Shown here: positions 20,701 through 29,204 of the stretch, piece after piece
Numbering within the stretch: position 1 is the stretch's first letter
How the letters are laid out: each line of letters opens with the position of its first letter
Assembly: GCA_049472315.1 (NCBI GenBank)
Contig: JBLIRN010000033.1
Location: forward strand, 1 to 34,481
DNA length: 34,481 nucleotides
Reading direction: 5' to 3'
From: a bacterium
GTDB taxonomy: Bacteria; SZUA-182; DTGQ01; JAFGSM01
Position numbers and translations under genes: made by a program
Notes under the pieces: generated by a model
Database searches by the model: none
Seen by the model: only the letters and a program-made list of their open reading frames with translations
What the model was told of the DNA's origin: nothing

Positions 20701-20729
20701 TTTATAGCATGTTTTAGCAAAAAAATCAA
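20701..20729 (-). promoter_or_regulatory. Sigma-70-like promoter downstream of recO
   Basis: TTGATT (20729-24), 17 nt, TATAAA (20706-01) with TGn extension; an overlapping TAAAAT is an alternative -10. Confidence 0.5.
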
Positions 20730-20784
20730 ATTATATTGTCGTAACTATAGATTATATAAGGGGAAGCAGATCCGGAGAAAACGG

Positions 20785-21546
20785 TTACCCCCCAGATAAA
20801 AGCCGCTTCAATACGGGGTATGATTTAAGGGATGCACCACCATGGATCATGAGCATTCCATTCAATGCGCATTCCAGTTCCTCCCTGGCCGAGGGGAGGA
20901 CCCGCAGCCTCCCTATCCTCTCCAGGTCCATTGACACGGCCTGCCTGAGAAACATGATCCCCCCGGGGGACATGGGGTGTGCGTCCCGCACTCCGTGCCG
21001 GCATCGCTGGCATACCACCCCCCCCTGCTCCGGGCTGAATCCCCATCCGTGCCCGTGGAGAGGTTCACCGCAGACCTGGCAACGCTCAAGCTGGGGCCCG
21101 TACCCCAGAAGGGCGAGGAGTCTCAGCTCGAATATGCGCAGGAGGGTGACCAGGTCCCTCTTCTCGGTGAGCAGACCCAGGTACCGCACCAGGAGATCAA
21201 ACACCGCCGGCTGTCCTTCGCCTCCAACCGGGGTGAGCCGATGCAGCAGTTCCGCGCCGTACAGCCCGGCGGTGAGACGGATGATGTCACCGCGCAATGC
21301 CTGGAAGCTGTTGATGATGTCGGCCTGCCTGATGATCTGGAGCTCGCGGTTCGGCCGTGCCTTGACTATGAGGTGGATGTGGGTGAGGGGCTCGAGGGCG
21401 CTGCCGAAGGGATTTTTGATCCGCTTGACCCCGTGGGCGACCCCCCGTATCTGACCGTACTGGGGCGAGTAAACCGATACGATCCTGTCCGCCTCCACCA
21501 GGTTGGTGGATCCGATAACCACCGCCTCTGTCGCGAGCAGGGACAA
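20785..21546 (-). CDS. recO: DNA repair protein RecO
   Basis: TEAVVI...EADRIV...G.I.GVAHG; FELRLLALLGYGP; CxxC...GGVVCxxC zinc motif; era-recO-glyQS context. Confidence 0.93.
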   Translation of the reverse strand: MSLLATEAVVIGSTNLVEADRIVSVYSPQYGQIRGVAHGVKRIKNPFGSALEPLTHIHLIVKARPNRELQIIRQADIINSFQALRGDIIRLTAGLYGAELLHRLTPVGGEGQPAVFDLLVRYLGLLTEKRDLVTLLRIFELRLLALLGYGPQLERCQVCGEPLHGHGWGFSPEQGGVVCQRCRHGVRDAHPMSPGGIMFLRQAVSMDLERIGRLRVLPSAREELECALNGMLMIHGGASLKSYPVLKRLLSGG

Positions 21547-21547
21547 C

Positions 21548-22915
21548 CTATACCAGGAAAACGATCAGGCTCGTGGCGAGGCCCAGATAGATGAAGATGC
21601 TGACGACATCGTTGAAGTTGGTAATAAATGGGCCTGCTGCAACGGCAGGGTCGATGTTCAGCCGTTTCAGGACAAAGGGGACCACCGCACCCATGATCCC
21701 CGATATGGTAATGGACATAAACAGGGAAAACCCCACGATGACGGAGAGCACATGGTGACGGGAATCGATGACCACGGAAAAGAGGGATATCAGCACCCCC
21801 GCGATGATCCCCATGGCCATGCCGATGCGCACCTGCTTGAACAGGATCTTCCACTGCTCGGTGTCCAGTATCTTTCCGGTGGCAAGACCGCGCACCACAA
21901 TGGTCTGGGACTGGTTTCCCACGTTTCCCCCCAGCGCCATGATCATGGGGATAAAAAACGAAATGGCGATGTTCTCCTGGAGGGTGCCCTGGTGCCAGCG
22001 CATGATCAAATAGGAGCAGGTCTCGCCGATCAGGGTGATCAAAAGCCACGGCATACGCATCATGACCACCTTCCAGGTCGATTGTTCGAACAGCTCCTCA
22101 TGGCTGGTTCCTGCCATCTTGTAGATGTCCTCGGTGGTCTCCGCCCTGATGACATCGATGACGTCGTCGACGGTGACCACCCCCACCAGCTTGTTGTACC
22201 GGTCAACCACCGGCACGGACAGGATGTTGTACTTTTCCACGATCCTGGCGACATCCTCCTGGTCCTCGTCCACACGGACGCTGATCACCTCGGTCTTCAT
22301 GATCTTTTTCAGCGGGGTTTCCAGGTGGCTGGTGAGCAGTTTCCTGAAGGAGACGATCCCGGTGAGGTGCTGGAAATCATCCACCAGATAGAGATACAGG
22401 GTCACCTCCATGTCGTCGCTGGTCGCCCTGATCTTTTCCAGGGCCTCCTTGACCGTGATGTTCTCGTTGAGGGCCAGGAAATGGGTGGACATGATCCCCC
22501 CGGCGCTGTCCTCTTCATATTTCAATAGCTCCTGGATCTCCTCCGAGTCCTTTTTCCCGAGGGAATCCAGGACCTTGCCGGCGATCTCCTTGGGCATGTC
22601 CCCGATGATGTCCGCCAGGTCGTCGGGGGACATCTCCTTGAAGATCTCGGCGATCCTTTTCGGATCGAGTTGCTCGAGGAGCTCGGAACGGGAGGGGGGA
22701 TTCAGTTCGCTCAACACCTCCGCCGCCTTGTCCTTCTCCGCAATCAGGCCGAACAGGAAAAACCGGTCGGACGGGCCCAATTGCTGCATCACCTGGGCGA
22801 TATCAGCGGGGTGGAGCTTGTTTATCATATTGCTCAGGTTCGAGGTCGCCCCGCGATTGATCAATTTCCGGACGGTGTAAAAAAGCAGACTCATTTTTGG
22901 AACCATACCGTTCAC
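21548..22915 (-). CDS. mgtE: Magnesium transporter MgtE
   Basis: LHPADIA N-domain, YEEDSAGGIM, CBS pair, RMPWL, GGNVGNQS, IDPAVAAGPFITNFND. The exact start is uncertain (GTG 22915 or a downstream ATG). Confidence 0.95.
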   Translation of the reverse strand: MNGMVPKMSLLFYTVRKLINRGATSNLSNMINKLHPADIAQVMQQLGPSDRFFLFGLIAEKDKAAEVLSELNPPSRSELLEQLDPKRIAEIFKEMSPDDLADIIGDMPKEIAGKVLDSLGKKDSEEIQELLKYEEDSAGGIMSTHFLALNENITVKEALEKIRATSDDMEVTLYLYLVDDFQHLTGIVSFRKLLTSHLETPLKKIMKTEVISVRVDEDQEDVARIVEKYNILSVPVVDRYNKLVGVVTVDDVIDVIRAETTEDIYKMAGTSHEELFEQSTWKVVMMRMPWLLITLIGETCSYLIMRWHQGTLQENIAISFFIPMIMALGGNVGNQSQTIVVRGLATGKILDTEQWKILFKQVRIGMAMGIIAGVLISLFSVVIDSRHHVLSVIVGFSLFMSITISGIMGAVVPFVLKRLNIDPAVAAGPFITNFNDVVSIFIYLGLATSLIVFLV

Positions 22916-22956
22916 CCCCTTTCCGGAGGAGGTTTAGAATGAATACCTCATTCGTA

Positions 22957-23871
22957 TCAATAGCCGATCTGTTTAAGCACCAGCTCGTTTTCTCTCCAAT
23001 TTCGTGCCACCTTGACCCATAATTCCATAAATACCTTCGTGCCGAGCAGTCGTTCTATCTCCTCCCGGGCCATCCTCCCCACCTCCTTGAGCTTCACCCC
23101 CCTGCTGCCGATAACGATTCCCTTCTGGGACTCCTTTTCAACCAGGATAGTGGCGCTGATCCTCACCATCCCGGTCTGTGGATCGGTCCCCATCTCGTCG
23201 ATGACCACGGCCATCACATAGGGGATCTCCTGCCGGGTCAGGGCGATCAGCTTTTCACGAATGATCTCTGCAACCACGAACCGCTCCGGCTGATCGGTCA
23301 CCATGTCCTCCGGATAGAGGGGAGGCCCCTCGGGAAGATAGGCGATGATCGTATCCACCACATCGGAGCAGTTCTCCCCGGTCAGGGCGGAAACAGGGAT
23401 GATCTCTCGGAAGGGATGGAGATCCTTGTACACATCGATCAACTCCAGGATGCGCGGCTTCGGGATCAGATCGATCTTGTTGATGATCAGGAAAACCGGA
23501 CAGGATACACCCCTGAGGTGTCCCATGATCATCTGCATGTCTTCATCCCCGAGACCCGTTGTCACGGCATCGACCATGACCAGGATGATATCGGCCTCCT
23601 CGAAGGTCAGGAGGGCGGTTCGAACCATTTTCCGGTTGAGCCTTTTGGACGCCTTGTGGATCCCCGGGCTGTCAATAAAGATGATCTGGGCCGGTTCACC
23701 ATGCCAGATGCCGAGTATCCGATTGCGGGTGGTCTGCGGCCGAGGCGATGTGATGGAGACCTTCTGACCGACGATCCGGTTCAGGAGGGTGGATTTCCCT
23801 GTATTGGGAGGACCAATGAGGGAAACAAACCCGGATTTGAACGCGTGCTGGGCATGGGATTGGTTCACCAT
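22957..23871 (-). CDS. era: GTPase Era
   Basis: FKSGFVSLIGPPNTGKSTLLN, PQTTR, DSPG, NKID, SA, and KH-domain GIVIGSRG; start placed at ATG 23871. Confidence 0.96.
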   Translation of the reverse strand: MVNQSHAQHAFKSGFVSLIGPPNTGKSTLLNRIVGQKVSITSPRPQTTRNRILGIWHGEPAQIIFIDSPGIHKASKRLNRKMVRTALLTFEEADIILVMVDAVTTGLGDEDMQMIMGHLRGVSCPVFLIINKIDLIPKPRILELIDVYKDLHPFREIIPVSALTGENCSDVVDTIIAYLPEGPPLYPEDMVTDQPERFVVAEIIREKLIALTRQEIPYVMAVVIDEMGTDPQTGMVRISATILVEKESQKGIVIGSRGVKLKEVGRMAREEIERLLGTKVFMELWVKVARNWRENELVLKQIGY

Positions 23872-24322
23872 AGAGACATACCGCCAATGCACACCGAAGG
23901 CCTTTCATGAAAAGGCGTGTATACGCCCCCGGTGCAAAATGGTTATCCGGTGACTGCCGTATACGTTTACGGTGCAGGGGATTTCGTATTATGTACAATC
24001 CGTAAAAAGATAGATATAGCACAGTACTACGGAGAATTCAATGGCGCCTCCGGCCCCCTGTCCGCTCCCGTCCGTGTTCAGATCCCCTCATGGTCCCCAG
24101 GAAATTCCAGTTCTGAATCCAGGTCCATTATTGCTGGCAGGCATATTTATCGATGCAATTACGGAAATAAGATTGCGGGCGACGCTATGATGCGATTGCA
24201 GCCCGAGGCAATGTGTGGTGTCAGTATCGATGAGCTGCCCTGACCAGAACCGCCGGTCACCCCGAGGCAATCCTTCTTTTGATCGAAAGATCGTGAGGTT
24301 TCATTTGCGGATAAGGCAAGGC

Positions 24323-24360
24323 TTGACATGATATTCTGTTTGGGAGTATATTGGTGGTAT
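24323..24360 (+). promoter_or_regulatory. Promoter/operator of the RHH-MazF operon
   Basis: TTGACA (24323-28), 18 nt, TATATT (24347-52); imperfect direct repeat TGGGAGTAT/TGGTGGTAT with 11-bp period over the -10 and start. Confidence 0.6.
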
Positions 24361-24589
24361 GAAAATTAAGACATCTATCACATTATCAGAGGACCTTCTA
24401 AAGGCCGTGGATGAACGATCAGATCGCTATAAAAATCGCTCTGAGTTTATCGAGGCTGCCTTACGGGCCTTTATTACCCAGATGATCCGCAGTGAACAGA
24501 ATGACAGGGATCTGGAGATTATTAATCGACACGCACATACACTTAATCAGGAAGCAGAGGATGTCCTCTCTTACCAGGTGCCGCTTTGA
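24359..24589 (+). CDS. Ribbon-helix-helix (CopG/MetJ-like) antitoxin
   Basis: [15 protein letters not shown]...[14 protein letters not shown] pattern; its stop overlaps the toxin TTG start. Confidence 0.85.
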   Translation: MKIKTSITLSEDLLKAVDERSDRYKNRSEFIEAALRAFITQMIRSEQNDRDLEIINRHAHTLNQEAEDVLSYQVPL

Positions 24590-24915
24590 GACGTGGTGAA
24601 CTCTATCGTGTGGTCAATCCTTCAACCAAAGATCCCAAAAAATTCAGGGTCTTTGTTGTGGTAAGCCGGCAAGTACTCATCGATTCACGTTTTTCAACTG
24701 TTATCTGCGCACCGATCTATTCAACCCGTAACGGATTATCAACTCAGGTACTCGTTGGTGTTGATGAAGGCTTAAAGCATGAAAGCAGCATCCACTGTGA
24801 TGAGCTTGTCAGTTTGCCCAAATCACTCTTAACGAACTTCATTGGCACTCTTTCACAATCGAAAATCCAGGCCCTCAATCAAGCCCTTCGAATTTCCTTG
24901 GATATCCCGGACTAA
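24586..24915 (+). CDS. PemK/MazF family toxin (endoribonuclease)
   Basis: MRRGELY...K.R.FVVVS...TVICAP...[13 protein letters not shown]...IGTL...ALRISL; matches the PemK/MazF fold pattern. Confidence 0.88.
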   Translation: MRRGELYRVVNPSTKDPKKFRVFVVVSRQVLIDSRFSTVICAPIYSTRNGLSTQVLVGVDEGLKHESSIHCDELVSLPKSLLTNFIGTLSQSKIQALNQALRISLDIPD

Positions 24916-24920
24916 ATCCC

Positions 24921-24949
24921 TTGCAATGTCCTCCATGATTTTCTAAGAT
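24921..24949 (+). promoter_or_regulatory. Sigma-70-like promoter upstream of the MscS gene
   Basis: TTGCAA (24921-26), 17 nt, TAAGAT (24944-49). Confidence 0.5.
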
Positions 24950-25142
24950 ATACTCATATACGGTCACCATTTCTGATCATGAACAAGAAACATCCTCGAG
25001 ACCTCACCCTCTCAACGTTGGTTTGAAGCCCCTTTGATCCCCCGCCGCTGGGAAAGAAAAACGGGGACACGAATGGGCGTCTCTCGGGAGGATATTCCCT
25101 CAGGGAAGACAGGGCGAATTATTGCCCGGAAAGGAGGAAACA

Positions 25143-26570
25143 ATGTGCAGGAGGACCCTTGCAATCGTAGTGATCCTCGGTTTTTTCGGTATCCTTTTTC
25201 TGAGTCCATATCCCCTCGCCTCTGCATCGGGGCGGGGAATGGAAGTGCCAGCCATGTCCAGCGGAAGTCGCCTTGCAACGGACGGCGGCATTGTTCGCCC
25301 CCTATGTGAAAACGGGGGGATCGCCGCCTGGGTGCGCACCATGATCAACCGCCTTTTCTCTTCGAACGGGAACGTATCACTTCCCTCCTATTTGTTTCTC
25401 TCCCTTGTGAAGAGCATGTTCATTATCCTCCTCGCGCTGATAGTGTGGTGGCTGGGTCTTTTCTGCATCAATGCGCTCAAAAGGCCCATCAAGGCCCTTG
25501 ATGAAGCCTATTCCGACATGAAGGAGCGCCTCAGCGCATACCTGAAGATCCTCAAAAGGATCTTCAATCTCCTGATTCTGGCGGTGACGGCGCTCGTTGT
25601 TCTGAATGCATGGGGAGTGCCGGTGTTTCCCTTCCTGGCCCATTATTCCGGATACATCTATTCCCTCCTCCGTATCCCCCTGATCATCCTCCTCGCCATG
25701 ATATTGACCAGCGTCACCCGATTCGTCATTTCGCGGATGGAACACGTAGTGGGAGGCCGCATGAAGGCCCGGCCGGGGGCCTCCGAAACGGAGGTCAACA
25801 AGCAGATCAAAACGGTAGGGGAGATCGTCTACAAGACCATCTTTGTCACCCTGTGGATCGTTGCCGTGATGATGGTCCTGAATGAATTGGGCTTTGATAT
25901 CAAGCCTATCCTGGCCGGTGCAGGCATCGTCGGTCTGGCGGTCGGATTCGGCGCCCAAAACCTGGTGAGAGACGTTATCAGCGGTCTGTTCATGATCATC
26001 GAAAACCAGGTGCGGGTGGGAGACGTGGCCATACTGAACGGAACCGGCGGCCTGGTGGAGGCGGTGAACCTCAGGACCACCGTGCTCAGGGGCCTCGACG
26101 GGGCAGTGCATATCTTCCCCAACGGGACCGTCAATACCATCTCAAACCTCACCCACACCTTCTCCTTCTACATCTTCGATGTCGGAGTCGCTTACAAGGA
26201 GGACACGGACCGGGTCATAGACGTCCTCAAACAGTTAAGCGACGAGATCATGGCGGATCCCTCCTTCGGGCCCCAGATCCTGGAGCCACTGGAGATCCTG
26301 GGGGTGGATAAATTCGACGACTCCGCAGTCATCATCAAGGCCCGCATCAAGACGATACCCATCAAGCAATGGATGGTGGGCAGGGAGATGAACCGGAGGA
26401 TCAAGAAACGATTCGACGAGAAGGGCATCGAGATACCATTCCCGCACCGGACGGTCTATTTCGGCGAAGTGAGCAAGCCCTTCGACATCCGCCTTGAGGG
26501 GAACACGGAGGAAGAGAAGAGGGTAAAGCAGTGGGTCAGGGAGGTGCTGGCGGAGGGGAAGAAACCTTGA
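25143..26570 (+). CDS. Mechanosensitive ion channel, MscS family (YbiO-like, extra N-terminal TM segments)
   Basis: AGGAGG SD before ATG 25143; AGAGIVGLAVGFGAQNLVRDVISG, RVGD, G.VE..NLRTT, FPNG, GIEIPFPHR. Confidence 0.93.
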   Translation: MCRRTLAIVVILGFFGILFLSPYPLASASGRGMEVPAMSSGSRLATDGGIVRPLCENGGIAAWVRTMINRLFSSNGNVSLPSYLFLSLVKSMFIILLALIVWWLGLFCINALKRPIKALDEAYSDMKERLSAYLKILKRIFNLLILAVTALVVLNAWGVPVFPFLAHYSGYIYSLLRIPLIILLAMILTSVTRFVISRMEHVVGGRMKARPGASETEVNKQIKTVGEIVYKTIFVTLWIVAVMMVLNELGFDIKPILAGAGIVGLAVGFGAQNLVRDVISGLFMIIENQVRVGDVAILNGTGGLVEAVNLRTTVLRGLDGAVHIFPNGTVNTISNLTHTFSFYIFDVGVAYKEDTDRVIDVLKQLSDEIMADPSFGPQILEPLEILGVDKFDDSAVIIKARIKTIPIKQWMVGREMNRRIKKRFDEKGIEIPFPHRTVYFGEVSKPFDIRLEGNTEEEKRVKQWVREVLAEGKKP

Positions 26571-26661
26571 GGCTTACTGAAGCTGGCTTAAGTAAATGAA
26601 ATGTGGGTGGTCGGGACAGGAAAGGTTGATCGAGAGATAGTTATAGTGAACGAAATGAGGT

Positions 26662-26748
26662 TGGTGCCGAAGAGGGGACTCGAACCCCTACAGGCGTTCG
26701 CCTACTAGACCCTGAACCTAGCGCGTCTACCAATTCCGCCACTTCGGC
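26662..26748 (-). tRNA. tRNA-Leu (anticodon CAG)
   Basis: GCCGAAG acceptor stem, D-loop GGAATTGGTAGAC, anticodon arm CTAGG-TTCAGGG-TCTAG, long variable arm, GGTTCGAGTCC T-arm, encoded CCA. Confidence 0.97.
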
Positions 26749-26775
26749 ACTCCATTTCCTTTTATTTGTTCGGCT

Positions 26776-26849
26776 ATTTAAGCATGTTCCGAGGCGCCTG
26801 TCAATAGAATAGGGAAGGATTTGCATGTTCCTTCGGGAGGTTTTAAGAT
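26776..26849. promoter_or_regulatory. Back-to-back promoters for tRNA-Leu (-) and the PPIase operon (+)
   Basis: Minus strand: TTGACA (26804-26799), 17 nt, TTAAAT. Plus strand: TTGCAT (26821-26), 17 nt, TAAGAT (26844-49). Confidence 0.5.
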
Positions 26850-26954
26850 ATATCCCGATGTGGGTGAAGCTGACGCGCTGTCGAAGCAGCGTGGAGGCGG
26901 AGGTGAATTCTGTTTTCGGGCCAACACGAAACAATGCAGCTCCAGGGAGAGGTC

Positions 26955-27923
26955 ATGAAAAAGGGATATGGTATGAGAATGCTTGCGGTGTGCACCCTTG
27001 TGCTCGCCATAGGGGGTGTGCTGGGGTGTTCCTCCATGGGGGATAGGGACAAGGCATCCTCCATTGTCTGCGCCCAGGTGAACGGGAAGAAGATCACCCT
27101 GGAGGACTTCAACCAGGAGATTCAACGGTTCAACCTGGATGCGGAAGAGCCGTACATAGAATCCGAGGACCAGATAAAATCCTTGAGAAAGGAATTGCTC
27201 CTGCTCATGATCGACAAGGAGCTCCTGGTGCAGGCAGCCAAGGAACGGGGGATCACCGCCGGTCCGGAGGACCTGGGGGTATCACTGAAGGACATGAGCA
27301 GGGGGTATCCCGAAGGCAAATTCCCCACGGAAAACTACCTCACCGATCCGGCCTTCGAAGGCTGGCGATCCTTTTTCCTGGACGGGCTCCTGGTGAAAAA
27401 GCTGGTTCAACAGGAAATCGAGCCCTCCCTGAAGGTCACCGAGGAAGAGATGCGGTCGTTCTTTCTCACCCACAAGCAGGAGTTCGACAGGGACCGGGAA
27501 TACCGGGCACGGCAGATTGTGGTGGAATCCGAGATGGAGGCGAGGGAAATCCTGAAGCTCCTCCAGGGCGGGCGTGACTTCGCTGCGCTTGCCCGGGAAC
27601 GCTCCCTCAGCCCCGATCACGAAAACGGCGGAGACCTGGGCTTCTTCGGGCTCGGGCAGATGCCCCCCGAGTTCGACGAGGTGGTCCTCACTCTCAAGGA
27701 GGGTGAAATAAGCGATGTGGTGCAAAGCGACTACGGCTACCACATATTCCAGCTCCTCGAAATCCGCCAGCCCAAAGAGGCCACATGGGAGGAGGCCATG
27801 CCCAAGATCGAGCAGATCCTCCTGGCCCAGAAAAGGGACCAGGCATTTCACGACTGGCTGCTCGACCTGCGGTCGCGCGCCCGCATCAAACTGAATTTGA
27901 ACGCATTGACGAAGACCTACTGA
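26955..27923 (+). CDS. Parvulin/PpiC-type peptidyl-prolyl isomerase with SurA-N-like domain, probable lipoprotein
   Basis: GGAGAGG SD before ATG 26955; lipobox-like VLG-C; AQVNGKKIT, YRARQIVV, DFAALARERS, NGGDLGFF, SDYGYHIF. Confidence 0.9.
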   Translation: MKKGYGMRMLAVCTLVLAIGGVLGCSSMGDRDKASSIVCAQVNGKKITLEDFNQEIQRFNLDAEEPYIESEDQIKSLRKELLLLMIDKELLVQAAKERGITAGPEDLGVSLKDMSRGYPEGKFPTENYLTDPAFEGWRSFFLDGLLVKKLVQQEIEPSLKVTEEEMRSFFLTHKQEFDRDREYRARQIVVESEMEAREILKLLQGGRDFAALARERSLSPDHENGGDLGFFGLGQMPPEFDEVVLTLKEGEISDVVQSDYGYHIFQLLEIRQPKEATWEEAMPKIEQILLAQKRDQAFHDWLLDLRSRARIKLNLNALTKTY

Positions 27924-27932
27924 GACCGCATC

Positions 27933-28928
27933 ATGACAAAACGATGGATGAACGCTGTAATTTCCCTTGCGCTGGCCGCCGCCTGCATTATGGCATGCAG
28001 GGTGAACGCCCGTGCCGAGCCGGTGCTGCTCGACGGCATCCTGGCGGTGGTGAACGGCACGGTAATCACGTGGAGCGACCTCGTCATGAGGGAACGGGGC
28101 CTGCGCCGGTCCACGGATGACCTCCCTGCCGAAGAGCGGCACGACATACGGGAGAAGATCCTCCAGGACCTCATCGACGAGCAGTTGATGATCGAGGAGG
28201 CGAAGCGCATGGCGCTTACCCCTGATGACGCCGAGATTGAACGGCACATCGAGAAGATAAAGGCGGACAACGGATTGACCTCGGACGAGGCACTGGATGA
28301 GGCGCTGGCCAAGGATGGACTGACCAGGGAAGACCTGAAGAACAACCTGTCCGAGGAGATCGCCTTCCTCCGCCTCCAGCAGAGATTTCTCAATCAGCCC
28401 GTTCAGGTCACGGACCAGGAGATCAGGACATACTATGATGCGGAATGGACGGGCGCTAAGGAGGGGACCAGGGTGGAGATCTCCCATATCCTCCTGCGCC
28501 TACCCGAAGAGGGGGGGGATCCCGGAGCGGAGCGGGCTGCGCGCGAGCGTCTCGATGAGTTGAAACGGGAATGGGAGAAAGGCACCCCCTTTGCCGAGCT
28601 CGCCACCACGTATTCACAGGATGCATCCGCGGCAGACGGCGGATACCTGGGATGGTTCTCCCTGGACGGCCTCAGGCCGGAATTCGCCGATGCGATCTCC
28701 GGAATTCGTCCCGGAGGCGTCGCCGGCCCCGTGAAAACCGATCGCGGATACCATCTCCTCCTGCTGATCGCCCGAGCGGAAAAGGGGCTGGAGAGGGGGG
28801 CCCCTGTATGGGAAGAGATCAAGAAGACCCTGACCGAGCGCAAGAGGGCGGAGCTTTTTGATTCGTGGATTGAGCGGCTGAGGAAGAGGGCCACCATAGA
28901 GATCAATGAAAAGGCCCTCGCATGGTAG
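27933..28928 (+). CDS. SurA-like periplasmic chaperone/PPIase
   Basis: Signal peptide; DGILAVVNGTVIT, LQDLIDEQL, EISHIL, FAELATTYS, GGYLGWF, GYHLL. Confidence 0.9.
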   Translation: MTKRWMNAVISLALAAACIMACRVNARAEPVLLDGILAVVNGTVITWSDLVMRERGLRRSTDDLPAEERHDIREKILQDLIDEQLMIEEAKRMALTPDDAEIERHIEKIKADNGLTSDEALDEALAKDGLTREDLKNNLSEEIAFLRLQQRFLNQPVQVTDQEIRTYYDAEWTGAKEGTRVEISHILLRLPEEGGDPGAERAARERLDELKREWEKGTPFAELATTYSQDASAADGGYLGWFSLDGLRPEFADAISGIRPGGVAGPVKTDRGYHLLLLIARAEKGLERGAPVWEEIKKTLTERKRAELFDSWIERLRKRATIEINEKALAW

Positions 28929-28935
28929 CAACACG

Positions 28936-29202
28936 GTGAGGCTCGATCTCTTTCTCAAGATCAGCAGGCTGGTGAAACGGAGGACCCTGGCCCATGATTT
29001 CTGTGAGCGGGGCTGGGTGGAGGTGAACGGGGCACAAGGGAAACCCGGGAGGGACCTCAAGGAGGGAGACCGGATCGTCCTCCACCTGGGGGCGCACCGA
29101 AAGGAGGTGGAGGTCCTTGCCATTCCCAGCGGGAATGTGCGGGCGTCGGAGGCCCCGAGACTCTACAGACTCCTGTCGGATCTTCCGGAAGGGGGTGATT
29201 AG
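28936..29202 (+). CDS. RNA-binding S4 domain protein (YabO/RqcP-Hsp15 family)
   Basis: GTG start at 28936 gives MRLDLFLKISRLVKRRTLAHDFCERGWVEVNG...KPG..LKEGD, the YabO/RqcP-like pattern. Confidence 0.85.
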   Translation: MRLDLFLKISRLVKRRTLAHDFCERGWVEVNGAQGKPGRDLKEGDRIVLHLGAHRKEVEVLAIPSGNVRASEAPRLYRLLSDLPEGGD

Positions 29203-29204
29203 GG

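Noticed and set aside
23917..24270. Small ORFs 23917-24243 (+) and 24088-24270 (-)
   Set aside because: No SD, no motifs, and they overlap promoter/leader structure; likely spurious.
24202..24271. Direct repeat CCCGAGGCAAT at 24202 and 24261, as a CRISPR remnant or target-site duplication
   Set aside because: Only two 11-bp copies, no cas genes, and no element between them; could be chance.
23900..24300. attL/attR copy of the tRNA-Leu 3' end
   Set aside because: No match to TGGTGCCGAAGAGGGG found by eye, and no integrase present.
25040..25135. c-di-AMP (ydaO) riboswitch before mscS
   Set aside because: Partial resemblance (ACGGGG...GGG...AGGG..CCCG) but the conserved 3' CCCGUCAGCUAAC block is absent.
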